Program-made: the position numbers and the translations under genes
Shown here: positions 10,668 to 21,061 of the stretch, piece after piece
Position numbering within the stretch: position 1 is the first letter of the stretch
Layout of the letters: each line of letters opens with the position of its first letter
Notes under the pieces: generated by a model
What the model saw: only the letters and a program-made list of their open reading frames with translations
Database searches by the model: none
What the model was told of the DNA's origin: nothing
Assembly: GCA_965198115.1 (NCBI GenBank)
Contig: OZ240241.1
Coordinates: 1,024,001-1,088,000, forward strand
Source: Candidatus Latescibacterota bacterium
GTDB lineage: Bacteria; Latescibacterota; UBA2968
DNA: 64,000 nucleotides
Direction: 5' to 3'

Positions 10668-13273
10668 CTACGATGAGTCCTGTACCTCGCGGTGGTAGTG
10701 AACCATCAACCCTTGATGTGTAAGCACCCCGACCAGCTTCATACTCTCCTCGTTCTCCACAACAGGCAGGGTCGAAACGTCTCCTTCTGCCAGGAGGGCG
10801 AGCGCTTCGGAAAGCGGTGCGTCCACTTCGATGTGAGGAGGATTTGACGACATCATATCCTCGGCGATAAAGAGCGTGAACAAATCATCCTGAAACACAA
10901 CCGGTTTGATGTCGGACAGTGGGATGATGCCTTTTAGACGGTCCGTGTCGTCGACGACCGGAAAATCAACGAGGGTACTGTTCTGGAAGACTGCAGAAAT
11001 CTCTCCGAGAGGGGTGTGCGTTCGCACGAACTCGTAGCCCGTCGACATCGCCTCTCCGACAGTAAGGCGATTGAGGACGTTCAGGTCAAAGCCCTGAGAG
11101 ATCCTCAAGCCCCTCCGGGCGAGCTTCATGTTACGGCTTACGATAAATTCCCGCCCAGATTACGCTATTCGCATTCTCACGCATCAAGAACTGACGACCG
11201 GAGATAAGAACTCTCTGGGCGTTCCGATGTAGACCGCGTCCTGTTCATTCCCACACGCCCGAGAAATAGGCTCTCGAACCGAGAAAATAGCGCGTTTCGA
11301 CCGATTAGGCTCAAGACGTGGCCAGGCCAGGTCCCAGCGGGCATAGGGGGGTGCGCGGTGTTGGCCCTGGGCGCGTCGCTGGCCCGAGGCCCGCACCAGG
11401 GGGGTAGGGGGGGTGGAAACGGTCAGCTCTCTTTTGGACACCGGTCATGTCCCCATTCTTTTACTAATCCGTCCTAATTTTCGTTCCGGAGGGCGCATCG
11501 CGGCCGTTGTCGACGAAAGGGGGTTTTTTCAGGTGTCGGAAACACTTAAACCAGTGCAAAAACAAGAGCTTGCGTCTGTCGACAAGGCGGCTTTGAAGGT
11601 GCTTCCCGAAAATGGCGAAGCGGGGTAGAAAATCGGCCGTCTCCCTGGCGGTGCTGCCGGTCGTGGACCCGTCGGAGGTCGAGAGCGTTTCGCGTCCCGA
11701 TCCCCCGGAATGTGCCAAACGCGTTCGCGTAAAGAAAGGGACAGCGTAGGTCCGACAACCGCTTTTGGCCGTTGCGCCTTGTAAGTACTCCTATGGCACT
11801 ATGTCGCATGGCCGCCAGATCTTAGGTGACCCTCATTAGGGAACGGTTTCCACTGTTAACCGTATTGAAACGATTCTGCCTATTTTGCGAATAGCTTAAG
11901 CCGGGCGGAGAATTATCGCAAGGCGTCACAAGCTTCAACGTGTAGATCGACTCTCGTTCGAGATAGCGGGCGAACAAGGAGCTGATGACGGTTCCGAGGA
12001 TCAGCGGGAGGATGATTTCGTAGTCGTCGGTCAGCTCGAACAGAATCAGCATTGCCGTCAGGGGCGCGTGCGTCGTTCCCGCGACGAGCGCCCCCATCCC
12101 GACGAGGGCGTAAGCGCCCGGTGGAGACGTGAAGTCGGGGAAGACCGCATTCACGAGGAACCCGAATGCGCCCCCGACCGACGCACCAATGAACAAAGAT
12201 GGCGCAAAGATGCCCCCGGACCCGCCTGCGCCCAGGGTGATGGACGTGGCGAGGAGTTTCACGGCGAGTAGACCCAGGATCAGCGTCACGTCGATCTGAT
12301 TGACGAGGATGCCCGTAATGGTGTCGTAACCGACCCCGAGGATCTGCGGAAACAGAAGCCCGATACCTCCGACCACGAGGCCACCCAATCCTGCCTTCAG
12401 ATAACTGGAGACCGGGAACTTTTCGAAGAGATCCTCGAAGGCGTAGAGCGTCTTCATGAAAAAGACAGCCAGCGTGCCGCTGAGGAAACCGAGCACCACG
12501 TAGAATAGGAGCTCGTAAAGGCTCGAAAGCTCGTATTCCGGGATGACGAAGGCCGTCTGGTTGCCCGATGCGTAACGGCTTACGGCGTTTGCGACGACCG
12601 AGGCGAACAGAATCGGGCTGAAGGTGCTGATGCTGAAGTCGCCGAGGATGACCTCCAGCGCAAAAAAACCGCCTGCGATCGGAGCGTTGAAGGTGGCGGA
12701 AATACCCGCCGCGGCCCCGCATCCGACGAGGACCTTGAGACGCTCGCCCGAAAGCCCGAACATTTGTCCGACCGCAGAGCCTGTGGCGGAACCGATCTGA
12801 ACGATCGGACCCTCTCGTCCGACTGATCCGCCCGAGCCGATGCAGAGCGCCGACGCCAGGGTTTTGATCAACGCAACGCGAGGACGGATGACACCGTTGT
12901 TCGTCGCTACCGCCGCCATCACCTCAGGAATGCCGGCGCCCTTGGCCTCTTTCGCCCATAGGTTGACGAGGAGAGTGACCAGAAGAAAACCGAACACGGT
13001 GACCGAAACCTGAGCATAGTTGGAACCGAGAATGGTCGGGACGTCCACGAGGAGTGATCGGGTGAAAAACTCGATCAGCCACTTGAAGACGAGGGAACCC
13101 ACACCGCAGGCAGCGCCGATCCCGACGGAGAGGATGATCAGGAACGGCGTCCCGGCGATACCCACGACGGCGAGCTTCCGCATCGCGTAGCGTCGCACGG
13201 CCTCCAGCCTCCGTTGCAGGCACATCCAAACCGATCCTGGCTCTGGATCAGTTGGTTCCATTTGCACGTTCAT
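10668..13273 (-). pseudogene. ClC chloride channel/antiporter with C-terminal CBS pair, split by an 802-bp element
   Basis: GAGIPE, GREGP and GIFAP motifs; excising the insert restores the in-frame linker ESIYTLKLARRGLRI joining to the CBS domains (10668-11129). Confidence 0.92.
11129..11930. mobile_element. Non-autonomous 802-bp element (MITE-like) with IS21-like TGT...ACA ends
   Basis: ~45-bp imperfect IRs TGTTACGGCTTACGATAAATTCCCGCCCAGATTTACGCTATTCGCA / TGTGACGCCTTGCGATAATTCTCCGCCCGGCTTAAGCTATTCGCA; 7-bp TSD AGCTTCA (11122-11128, 11931-11937); no transposase ORF. Confidence 0.92.
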
Positions 13274-13456
13274 CCTTTAGAGGTTCCCGGTGTCCAATGA
13301 GTCGCAATAGCGCTTGATCTACTCGATTGTGCGACTCGACCTTCTCGCTTTCACAGACGTTTGCTTGACTACTGAACGCCGCTCGTCCTGAGCGTGTCCA
13401 GAGATGCAGGTAAGCGCCCGAACGGGTAGTGGCAGCGGACCGCGCACGTTTTCCAC

Positions 13457-14488
13457 CTACCACTCGGTCGCCTCCTCCGTCCATCGTCGCCCGTGTCCAG
13501 CCGCCACGATCTCACGGTTGAGGTAGTGCCCGTTTCGCGCAATCGTAACCGGATCGCTCTCCCCAGGTAAATAAATGATGTCGGCCAAGTAACGATCGTA
13601 TAGGTCTATCTTGGTCGTCGAAACGATGACGTGATCGACCGAAGACAGGGTTCCCACGACAAAATCTCGTGCCCGAACACCTGCGGGTGTCTGTCGTTCG
13701 GGGCTGTCGATGCCGCGGAGTCGAACCTTCTGGTCGCACAACGTTCCGAACCCACAATCGATCGCGACCCATAGCGTGTCGGCATCGATGATCGATGCGA
13801 CGGAAGCGAGGTAGCTGTAAATACGTCGGCGATGTTCATAAGGCACGATCGTGTAACGTCCATCTTCATCCCGTCGGGCTCTGACGAGGGCACCCGCATC
13901 CAGACCGGCGTCGTCGTGTTCGGAAAGACGTTCGAAGACACGAAAGCCAAGGTCCAGGACCCGGCCGATGTCGGGCCTCTCGGTCAGGCGGTAGATCCAC
14001 GGTTCGCCACGCTTGGCAACGAGCTGAGCGGCCTCCGATTCCGCCACCGACTCAGCGTCGGGAAGGGAATCCGCCAACGCACCGTCGGAAATCTGCGCCT
14101 CGAGCTGCCGAACACTCCAACCGTGGGCGATGGCAGCCTCCAAATACCGGTTCCGGACTGTGGAATCGCCGATTCGGATGAGCCGCCGGTAGTGGCTCCA
14201 GGACAAATGTGGCCCCGGGGCCACTTTTTCGATTCGGCGCCGAAATTCGACGATTTCGTAGAGCAGCCGTTGGTCGATGCCGACGTCTGCCGCCAGACGC
14301 GTGATCGTCTGGTCACCGTAGCTCCGATCGATGGCGTCGAGGTAGGCGCGGACCCGGGTGCCGACGGTCCAATACGTTTGGAGACGCGCCGATTCGACAG
14401 CCTTGCGGGCCTGGTCGCGGCCTTCTTCGAGAGCGGCTGCAACGTCGGATCTGAGCTGTGGGTAGTCGGGGGCGTGTTCGAGTGTCAA
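13457..14488 (-). CDS. DUF1016 (YhcG) N-terminal domain fused to a thermonuclease (SNase) domain
   Basis: N-terminal 'YWTVG...YG..TI.RLA.D...LSWSHY..L......R..Y...A...GWSVRQL'; C-terminal 'IIDADT...VRLRGIDSPE...DLYDRYLA'. Confidence 0.8.
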   Translation of the reverse strand: MTLEHAPDYPQLRSDVAAALEEGRDQARKAVESARLQTYWTVGTRVRAYLDAIDRSYGDQTITRLAADVGIDQRLLYEIVEFRRRIEKVAPGPHLSWSHYRRLIRIGDSTVRNRYLEAAIAHGWSVRQLEAQISDGALADSLPDAESVAESEAAQLVAKRGEPWIYRLTERPDIGRVLDLGFRVFERLSEHDDAGLDAGALVRARRDEDGRYTIVPYEHRRRIYSYLASVASIIDADTLWVAIDCGFGTLCDQKVRLRGIDSPERQTPAGVRARDFVVGTLSSVDHVIVSTTKIDLYDRYLADIIYLPGESDPVTIARNGHYLNREIVAAGHGRRWTEEATEW

Positions 14489-14676
14489 GCTTCCTCCTCA
14501 TCCAGAACATGGCGGGGGGACGGCGAGGTCGTATTGGGACGATACCAAAAACCAACACGATGACCAAAACAATTGGTGCAGGCGGACCCGCGGATTTGCA
14601 CTTTGCCTTTTTAGGAGTTTGGCGTTCCCTTAAGATCTCACGCTGAACAACCATCTCAACAGTGACAGAGGAGTCT

Positions 14677-15741
14677 ATGCCCACTGTTCAACACCAGGAG
14701 CTCCGACGATACGGACACGAGGTTTTCAAGGCGGCCGGTATTCCGGAGGAAGACGCACGGATCGTGAGCGAGCATCTTGTCAACAGCAACCTGTATGGTC
14801 ACGACTCCCACGGGGTCGCGCACATTCCGCACTACGCGGAGGGGATGAGGCGTAACTACGCGTCCTGGGAAAACCGCGTGGTGGTCAAGGAAACGGCGTG
14901 TCTGCAAGTGATCGACGGAAGAGGCGCGAACGGGATCGTAGCTGTGACCAAGGCGGTCGACATCGCGATCGAAAAGGCCCGACAATCGACCTTTGGGTTC
15001 GTCGGGCTCAACCACGTGACCCATATCGGTCGCTTGGGCGATTTTCCGCCGCGGATCGCCGAACAGGGGATGGTCGGGATCGTCTGGCTGAACGGGGGCG
15101 GGCTGTTTATGACGCCGTTCGGCAGCGCCGACAGAAGACTGCGCCCGGAGCCGATGGCGTTTTCTGCCCCCCGAAAGAACGGGCCCCCCTTTATGCTCGA
15201 TATGACAATGTGCACGGTGGCGGGCGGGAAGATCGAGCAGAAGCGGGTGCGGAATCAGCCGATGCCGGACGGATGGGTGATCGACCGGCAAGGCAAGTGG
15301 GTGACCGATCCGAACGTCTACCGTGACGACCCTGACAATACCGGCGTTCCACCCATTGGTGGGATGCAGTTCGGACACAAAGGGTTCGGCCTCGGGATGA
15401 TGGCCGAAATGCTCGTCGGACCGCTCACGGGCGCCGGCTGCACCCACGCGAACGGACGCGGCGTCGAGCGCAACGGGAACGGCACGATGGTCCTGGCCAT
15501 CGACATCGAATCGTTCACCGAGCTGGACACCTACAGGGATGACGTCGAGGGTCTTGCCGAGTGGGTCTGCGGGTCACAGCCCCTTCCGGGATTCGACAGG
15601 ATTTATGCGCCCGGGGAAATCGAACAGGCCAAATGGTCGACGCTGATCGAAGACGGTATCGATCTCCCGGACGGGACGTGGGAAGAATTCGAAAAAACGA
15701 GCGAGGAATTCGGCGTCCCAATGCCGAAAGCGGAAAGCTGA
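14677..15741 (+). CDS. Ldh_2 (malate/L-lactate/sulfolactate dehydrogenase) family oxidoreductase
   Basis: GHDSHG, HIGRLG, LDM, GHKGFGL, PGE motifs. Confidence 0.9.
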   Translation: MPTVQHQELRRYGHEVFKAAGIPEEDARIVSEHLVNSNLYGHDSHGVAHIPHYAEGMRRNYASWENRVVVKETACLQVIDGRGANGIVAVTKAVDIAIEKARQSTFGFVGLNHVTHIGRLGDFPPRIAEQGMVGIVWLNGGGLFMTPFGSADRRLRPEPMAFSAPRKNGPPFMLDMTMCTVAGGKIEQKRVRNQPMPDGWVIDRQGKWVTDPNVYRDDPDNTGVPPIGGMQFGHKGFGLGMMAEMLVGPLTGAGCTHANGRGVERNGNGTMVLAIDIESFTELDTYRDDVEGLAEWVCGSQPLPGFDRIYAPGEIEQAKWSTLIEDGIDLPDGTWEEFEKTSEEFGVPMPKAES

Positions 15742-15865
15742 ATTGTACCCAAGCAGAGGACGACGAGATTCAGGATAAGGGTGCCGGGCTCGAGTCTACT
15801 TGAAACTGCACTCAGCCAGGACTCTGGGCCCTTGTCAGCCCGCTTAAGCGGGCTTCGGTATCTTA

Positions 15866-17127
15866 GTGCATGGTTTCATAAACATTATTACGTATGTTCT
15901 GAACATTATTTGTAGCTTATGTTCTCCTTCAAAAGGAGGAGAACAATGCCAAGACGTTCGCCTTATGTGGTGCTACTGTCTGAGAAGGAACGGGTCGACC
16001 TCGAGCGAATGGCTGGACAATATACGTTACCGTATTATCAAGTGATCCGATCGAAAATCGTGCTTCTCGCCGCCGAGGGATTATCCAACAAGATTATCGC
16101 CCAACGGTTGGATGTCCCGCGTCCGATCGTAAGCAAATGGCGTAAGCGCTTTTTCGAAGAGCGTCTTTCGGGACTCGAAGATAGATCTCGTCCCGGGCGC
16201 CCGCCCGGTTTTCCCCCCTCAGGTGGTCGTTCAGATCAAGGCGCTGGCGTGTGAACTACCGAGCGAGAGCGGGATACCGCTCTCGCGGTTCAGCTGTTCC
16301 GAGATTGCCGCCGAGGCAGTGCAAAGGGGCTTCGTTGCCAAGATCAGCGGCGCCACTGTCTGGCGCTGGTTGAACGAGGACGCGATTCGTCCTTGGTATC
16401 ATCGCTCCTGGATTTTCCCACGGGACCCGGACTTCCAAACCAAAGCAGGTAGAGTCCTTGATCTGTATCACCGCCAATGGCAAGGAAAGCCTTTAGGGCC
16501 GAGGGAATATGTACTTTCTGCCGACGAAAAGACCAGTATTCAAGCACGAGCTCGCAAGCACGTTACCCTACCGCCAGCCTCGAACAGAGCGGCACGCGTT
16601 GAAACACGAATACGAGCGGAAAGGAGCCCTGGCCTATCTGGCTGCTCTCGACGTGCACAATGGTCGAATCTTCGGTCTCTGTGAGTCTTCTTCGGGTATC
16701 GAGCCCTTCAACCGGCTCCTGAGCCTGATCATGAGCCGGAAACCCTATTGCTCGGCAAAGAAAGTCTACCTCATCGTGGATAATGGCTCCTCGCACCGAG
16801 GGCAAACATGCATCGACCGTATCCAGGGGAAGTGGCCAAACATCCACCCCGTTCACCTTCCGATCCACGCAAGCTGGCTCAATCAGATCGAGATCTACTT
16901 CTCGATCCTCAAACGCAAGGCTCTGACACCTATCGAATTTGCATCGCTCGAAGAGCTTGAGGCAAGAATCCTCGGTTTTCAGGAACGCTACGGACGTATC
17001 GCCACACCCTTCAAATGGAAGTTCACACGAACAGATCTCGCGGAGATGATCGACAAACTCAGGTTCTACGATACGCCCTTGGCAAAGTCTGCTTAGAATA
17101 CGTCACCGTATTTGAGAACAGGAGTAC
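15866..17127 (+). mobile_element. IS630-family insertion sequence (ends approximate)
   Basis: HTH orf (15946-16254) plus DDE part (SADEKT, IVDNGSSH, ASWLNQIE); imperfect IRs sharing AGT.C....TTC..AAA.A...T.ACGTAT; inserted in a REP copy; no clean TSD. Confidence 0.85.
15946..17096 (+). CDS. IS630 transposase, two frameshifts (~16215 possibly programmed, ~16603 probably an indel)
   Basis: Three overlapping ORFs form a continuous IS630 transposase. Confidence 0.85.
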
Positions 17128-17175
17128 TCATCGTGGGACTTCAGTCCCTCGTGCCTTTTGGCGTAGCCGAATCGA

Positions 17176-18147
17176 ATGAACCAAACTCTCCCAAAACGAA
17201 AGCTCGGTAACACCGACATCCACCTTACAGAGTTCGGCGTAGGTGGATTCCTCGGACTGCTCGTCGAGGATGGCTCAACGAAGGAAGACTGCGAACAGGC
17301 GGCCATCGACACGGTGCGTCGCGCTTTCGATCTCGGCGTGCGTTACATCGATACGGCGCCGGGCTACGGCGGCGGTAAAACGGAACGACACTTGGGACTG
17401 GGACTACGGGAACTGTCGGATGAAGAACGCGCCGAGCTCCGTGTGTCGAGCAAAGTCGGGACTCATCCCGAGAAGCGGCATCAATACGATGCCGACTCGA
17501 TCCGGTGGTCGCTTGAGAAGACGCTCGATCGGCTATACTGCGACCGACTCGACATCGTCTATATCCACGACCCTGGAGAGGACGCGCACGTCGATCAGAT
17601 TTTCGCCGATAGTGGCGCGCTGCCGACGCTCGAGGCTTTACGTGAAGAGAACGTGATCGGCGCGACCGGGCTCGGGAATCGCACGCATCGTTACCTGAGA
17701 CGTGCGATTGAGAGCGGCAGGTTCGACGCCATTCTCCCATCCTATGACTTCCATCCGCTGCGGGACTCGGTCCGCGGTGTGATTGAAGAAGCGGCAGAGG
17801 CCGGTGTCGGGGTGGTGAACGGGTCACCTTACAATGCCGGACTGTTGGCTGGCCGGGACCTGGATGAAGCACTCAGGAAACGCGGTGCCCCGGAGGCGGA
17901 TGTCGAACGGGCACGCGTCCTTCGTGCGTGGTGCGATGAACGGGGGCTCGATTCCGGGGCGCTGGCGATGCAGTACAGTCTGCGAAACCCGGCGATCACG
18001 TGTACGCTGGCCGGGCCTCGAACGGTCGACGAAATCGAGACGAACATTCTACACGCGACAACCGAGCTGCCCGATCAGGTCTGGGGCGAGCTCTCCCAAT
18101 TCGTGAAGACGTTAGGACCAGCGCCGCCGGGAGGCGAGTCACAGTAG
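17176..18147 (+). CDS. Aldo/keto reductase
   Basis: IDTAPGYGGG, SKVG, LDIVYIHDP. Confidence 0.9.
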   Translation: MNQTLPKRKLGNTDIHLTEFGVGGFLGLLVEDGSTKEDCEQAAIDTVRRAFDLGVRYIDTAPGYGGGKTERHLGLGLRELSDEERAELRVSSKVGTHPEKRHQYDADSIRWSLEKTLDRLYCDRLDIVYIHDPGEDAHVDQIFADSGALPTLEALREENVIGATGLGNRTHRYLRRAIESGRFDAILPSYDFHPLRDSVRGVIEEAAEAGVGVVNGSPYNAGLLAGRDLDEALRKRGAPEADVERARVLRAWCDERGLDSGALAMQYSLRNPAITCTLAGPRTVDEIETNILHATTELPDQVWGELSQFVKTLGPAPPGGESQ

Positions 18148-18157
18148 GAGAAAACGA

Positions 18158-19688
18158 ATGTTTCGAAGATGGATGATCGTTGTTGTGGTGACGGTGTGGG
18201 CGAGCCCTGCAGGTGGGGAACCTCCTGCACCCGGATCTTTCATTCTGTATCCGGAACGAATCCGCTTGAAAGACGGGGGATTCCACGAAGCCGAGCGCGG
18301 AGTCCTCTTCGCGCCAGCAAATCGCAATAACCCTGACGGTGGCGTCGTCACGGTCGAGGTGTATCGGTTCAAGGCAACCGAGAAGGCGGATCCCAATACA
18401 CCGCCACTGTTCAGGCTACCCGGGGGTCCCCGCTTCGACGGTTTGGCCGGACCCCTGAGTGAACCCGGCTACTTCGAATCGTGATACCTGCCCTACCTGG
18501 ATCACGCTGACGTGGTCGTCGTGAGTCAGCGAGGTATCGGACCCTCACAGCCCTCTACGATCATCGAAACGACGACGCCAACCACACCGCTCGACCAACC
18601 TTACGATGATGCTGTCGCAGGAGAGGCCTTTCGAAGCGGCCTCGCTCGCGAGAGAGCACTCTGGGAGTCCCACGGTGTCGATCTGAGCGGGTTCACGGTG
18701 GTCGAAGCGGCCGCAGACGTGAACGACGTTCGAGCGGCCCTCGGATACGACAAGATCGTCGTATGGGGTGTGAGCTTCGGAAGTCATTGGGGGATGTCCG
18801 TATTACGGTATCATCCCGAGATCGTCGAACGTGCCGTCCTGACGGGGATGGAAGGCCCTGATCACACCTACGATCATCCCGGGCACATCTGGAACGTCTA
18901 CAAGCGTGTGGCCGAAGAGGCGGAAGTCGCTCCGGAGTTTTGAGGACTACATCCCCCAAGGCGGTCTGATCGCAGCCATCGAGAAATTGGCCGCGACGCT
19001 CGCCATCGTTCCTGCCCGTGTCACGGTTTGGATACCGGACGTCGGTGCGCAAACCGTCCTCATCGACGGCCCCGTCATTCGACAGCTCGCCCAGGGTTAT
19101 TCAGGAAACCTCGCGTCCTGGCCGGCCGACATCATTTCCCTGTACACGGGAAGCTACGGCAGGGCGGCTGTGAGCCTGGTCAAGGCGCGTCAAGCCACGA
19201 CCGGGGAGTTGGGCAGCTACCACGACGAGGACCGATTCAACCACGAGGGGAGAACCTTCCTCACGGCGAGCTACTTCTCCCTCGATTGCGGATCGGGGAT
19301 TACGGCAGAAAGACTGGCCGCCTACGATGCCGACCCGGCGAACCAGGTCATCGGAGAGCTCAACTGGAAGTACAAGAATGGATGTTCCGAATTCGAGAGC
19401 GATCTGGGGGATGCGTTCCGTCAGAACTTCGACACGGACATTCCCACCGTCATCGTCCAGGGAACGTGGGATCTCTTCACGCCTTACGAGAATGCCGTCG
19501 AACTGGCCCCGCACTTCAAGAATAGCAAGTTCGTCACGGTCAAAAGAGGCGGCCACGGAGCTCTGGGGCAGGCTCTCCGTGCGTCGAAACCCTTCGAGGC
19601 GGCCATCTGGGCCTTCATCACGACCGGCGATATGTCAGGCCTGCCCGACGAGGTCGAGATCCCCGTCGAGTGGGTCGCTCCGCGTTGA
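18158..19688 (+). CDS. Secreted alpha/beta hydrolase (TAP-like peptidase), frameshifts ~18482 and ~18940
   Basis: Signal peptide, LPGGP, SQRGIG.S, GVSFGS nucleophile, GTWDLFTP, GGH. Confidence 0.8.
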
Positions 19689-19730
19689 GTGTTCAGTGGT
19701 TCGGTGTTCAGTGTTCAGTAAACCGGGCAA

Positions 19731-19772
19731 CGTAGGCTGAAGCCCTACGCTGATGCAACGAAGCCGGCTGAG
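19731..19772 (+). repeat. Degenerate GCTGAAGC-loop REP element
   Basis: CGTAGGCTGAAGCCCTACGCTGATGCAACGAAGCCGGCTGAG, similar to 21062-21112. Confidence 0.65.
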
Positions 19773-19801
19773 ACAGTCCGAAGCTGCGACATCAAAGAAA
19801 C

Positions 19802-19834
19802 AGAGGCTACGCCCGTTATAGGCGTAGCCTCTTT
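19802..19834. terminator. Hairpin terminator between convergent genes
   Basis: AGAGGCTACGCC-CGTTATA-GGCGTAGCCTCT TTC. Confidence 0.7.
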
Positions 19835-19927
19835 CGCATTGGCTCGTTGTTCCCCGAATCTCTTCCCGACTCGGGCCTGGAAGTCAGAAAATACTCCTCA
19901 GTGTTCATCTGAGGTTCCAGTCTTTCT

Positions 19928-21034
19928 TCAGACCGCTTCTGCCAGATACTCCTCACTCAGATCGTGCCCCAGGCCTGGTCGATCCGAGACGTGGAAAATC
20001 CCGTTTCGCACATCGAGCGGTGGATCCAATGCTTTGTTGTATTGGGGCAGCTCGGAGTAGGCAATTTCGAGCCGATAGAAATTAGGAACGGACATCACCG
20101 TCTGAGCACCGGCAATCATCGTAATCGGACCGGTCGCATCGTGGGGGCTGATCGGAACAAAGTAAGGTTCGGCCATCACGGCGATCTTCTTCAGCTCGCT
20201 GATGCCGCCGGTGCGCACGACATCGGGCATCAGATGGTTGCACAGTCCCTGCTCGAGGATCGGTCGGAAATCGTAGCGTCCGATCAGTCTCTCACCCACG
20301 CATAGCGGAATCGAAATCTGCTCCTTGACCTGTCTGAGGGCGTCGACGTTTTCGGGCGGGACAGGCTCCTCGAACCAGCCGATGATGGACGGTTCAAATG
20401 ACTTCGCGAGGCGAACAGCCGTTGGAACGTCGAACTTCCCGTGCGCGTCGATCAGGATTTCCACATCGGGGCCCACAGATTCGCGGAGGCCCTGAATGAT
20501 TGCCGTCCCGCGTGCTTCACCAGCTGTCGAAATGCCCCCGCCGTGCTGCCGGGGGGTGTCATCGAGCTTGTAAGGATCGAGCTTGATGGCCGTGTGACCC
20601 TCGTCGACCGTTTTCTTCGCAGCAGCTGCGTACTCCTCCGGTGTGTCACACCCCCGGAACCAACCGTTCGAATAGAACTGAAGGTTGTCACGAAATCGTC
20701 CACCCAGCAGGTCGTAGATCGGCAGACCCAGTTGTTTGCCGCGGATGTCCCACAGTGCGATGTCGACCCCGCTGATCAGCGCGCTGATGAATCCACGACT
20801 GCCGATCGAGCTGAACAGCTTGTAGAGTTTAATGTTAAGGTGTTCGATCCTGGACGGATCCTCCCCGATAAGCCACTGATCGAGCTTCCGAGCCGCGGCA
20901 GCAACCATCGCGCTCCCGGGACCACTCGATGCCTGTCCCACACCGTAGAGCCCTTCGTCGGTGTGGATCCGGAGGAACACCCAGTTGTACCGGGTGCCCG
21001 GGCATTCGAATACGTCAATTGACGTGATTTTCAT
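19928..21034 (-). CDS. Mandelate racemase/galactonate dehydratase-like enolase-superfamily enzyme
   Basis: SGVDIALWDI.GK..G.PIY.LLGG, KLD, IDAHG, WFEEP, GER, GGISE.KK, PH. Confidence 0.9.
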   Translation of the reverse strand: MKITSIDVFECPGTRYNWVFLRIHTDEGLYGVGQASSGPGSAMVAAAARKLDQWLIGEDPSRIEHLNIKLYKLFSSIGSRGFISALISGVDIALWDIRGKQLGLPIYDLLGGRFRDNLQFYSNGWFRGCDTPEEYAAAAKKTVDEGHTAIKLDPYKLDDTPRQHGGGISTAGEARGTAIIQGLRESVGPDVEILIDAHGKFDVPTAVRLAKSFEPSIIGWFEEPVPPENVDALRQVKEQISIPLCVGERLIGRYDFRPILEQGLCNHLMPDVVRTGGISELKKIAVMAEPYFVPISPHDATGPITMIAGAQTVMSVPNFYRLEIAYSELPQYNKALDPPLDVRNGIFHVSDRPGLGHDLSEEYLAEAV

Positions 21035-21061
21035 CGTTAGCCTCGTTTTGCGCGAACGGTA

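Noticed and set aside
11794-11808. TGGCACTATGTCGCA as a sigma54 promoter in the 802-bp element
   Set aside because: GG-GC spacing is one base short of the required N10.
11184-11809. Short ORFs inside the 802-bp element
   Set aside because: 71-87 aa, overlapping on both strands, with no recognisable motifs or clear RBS.
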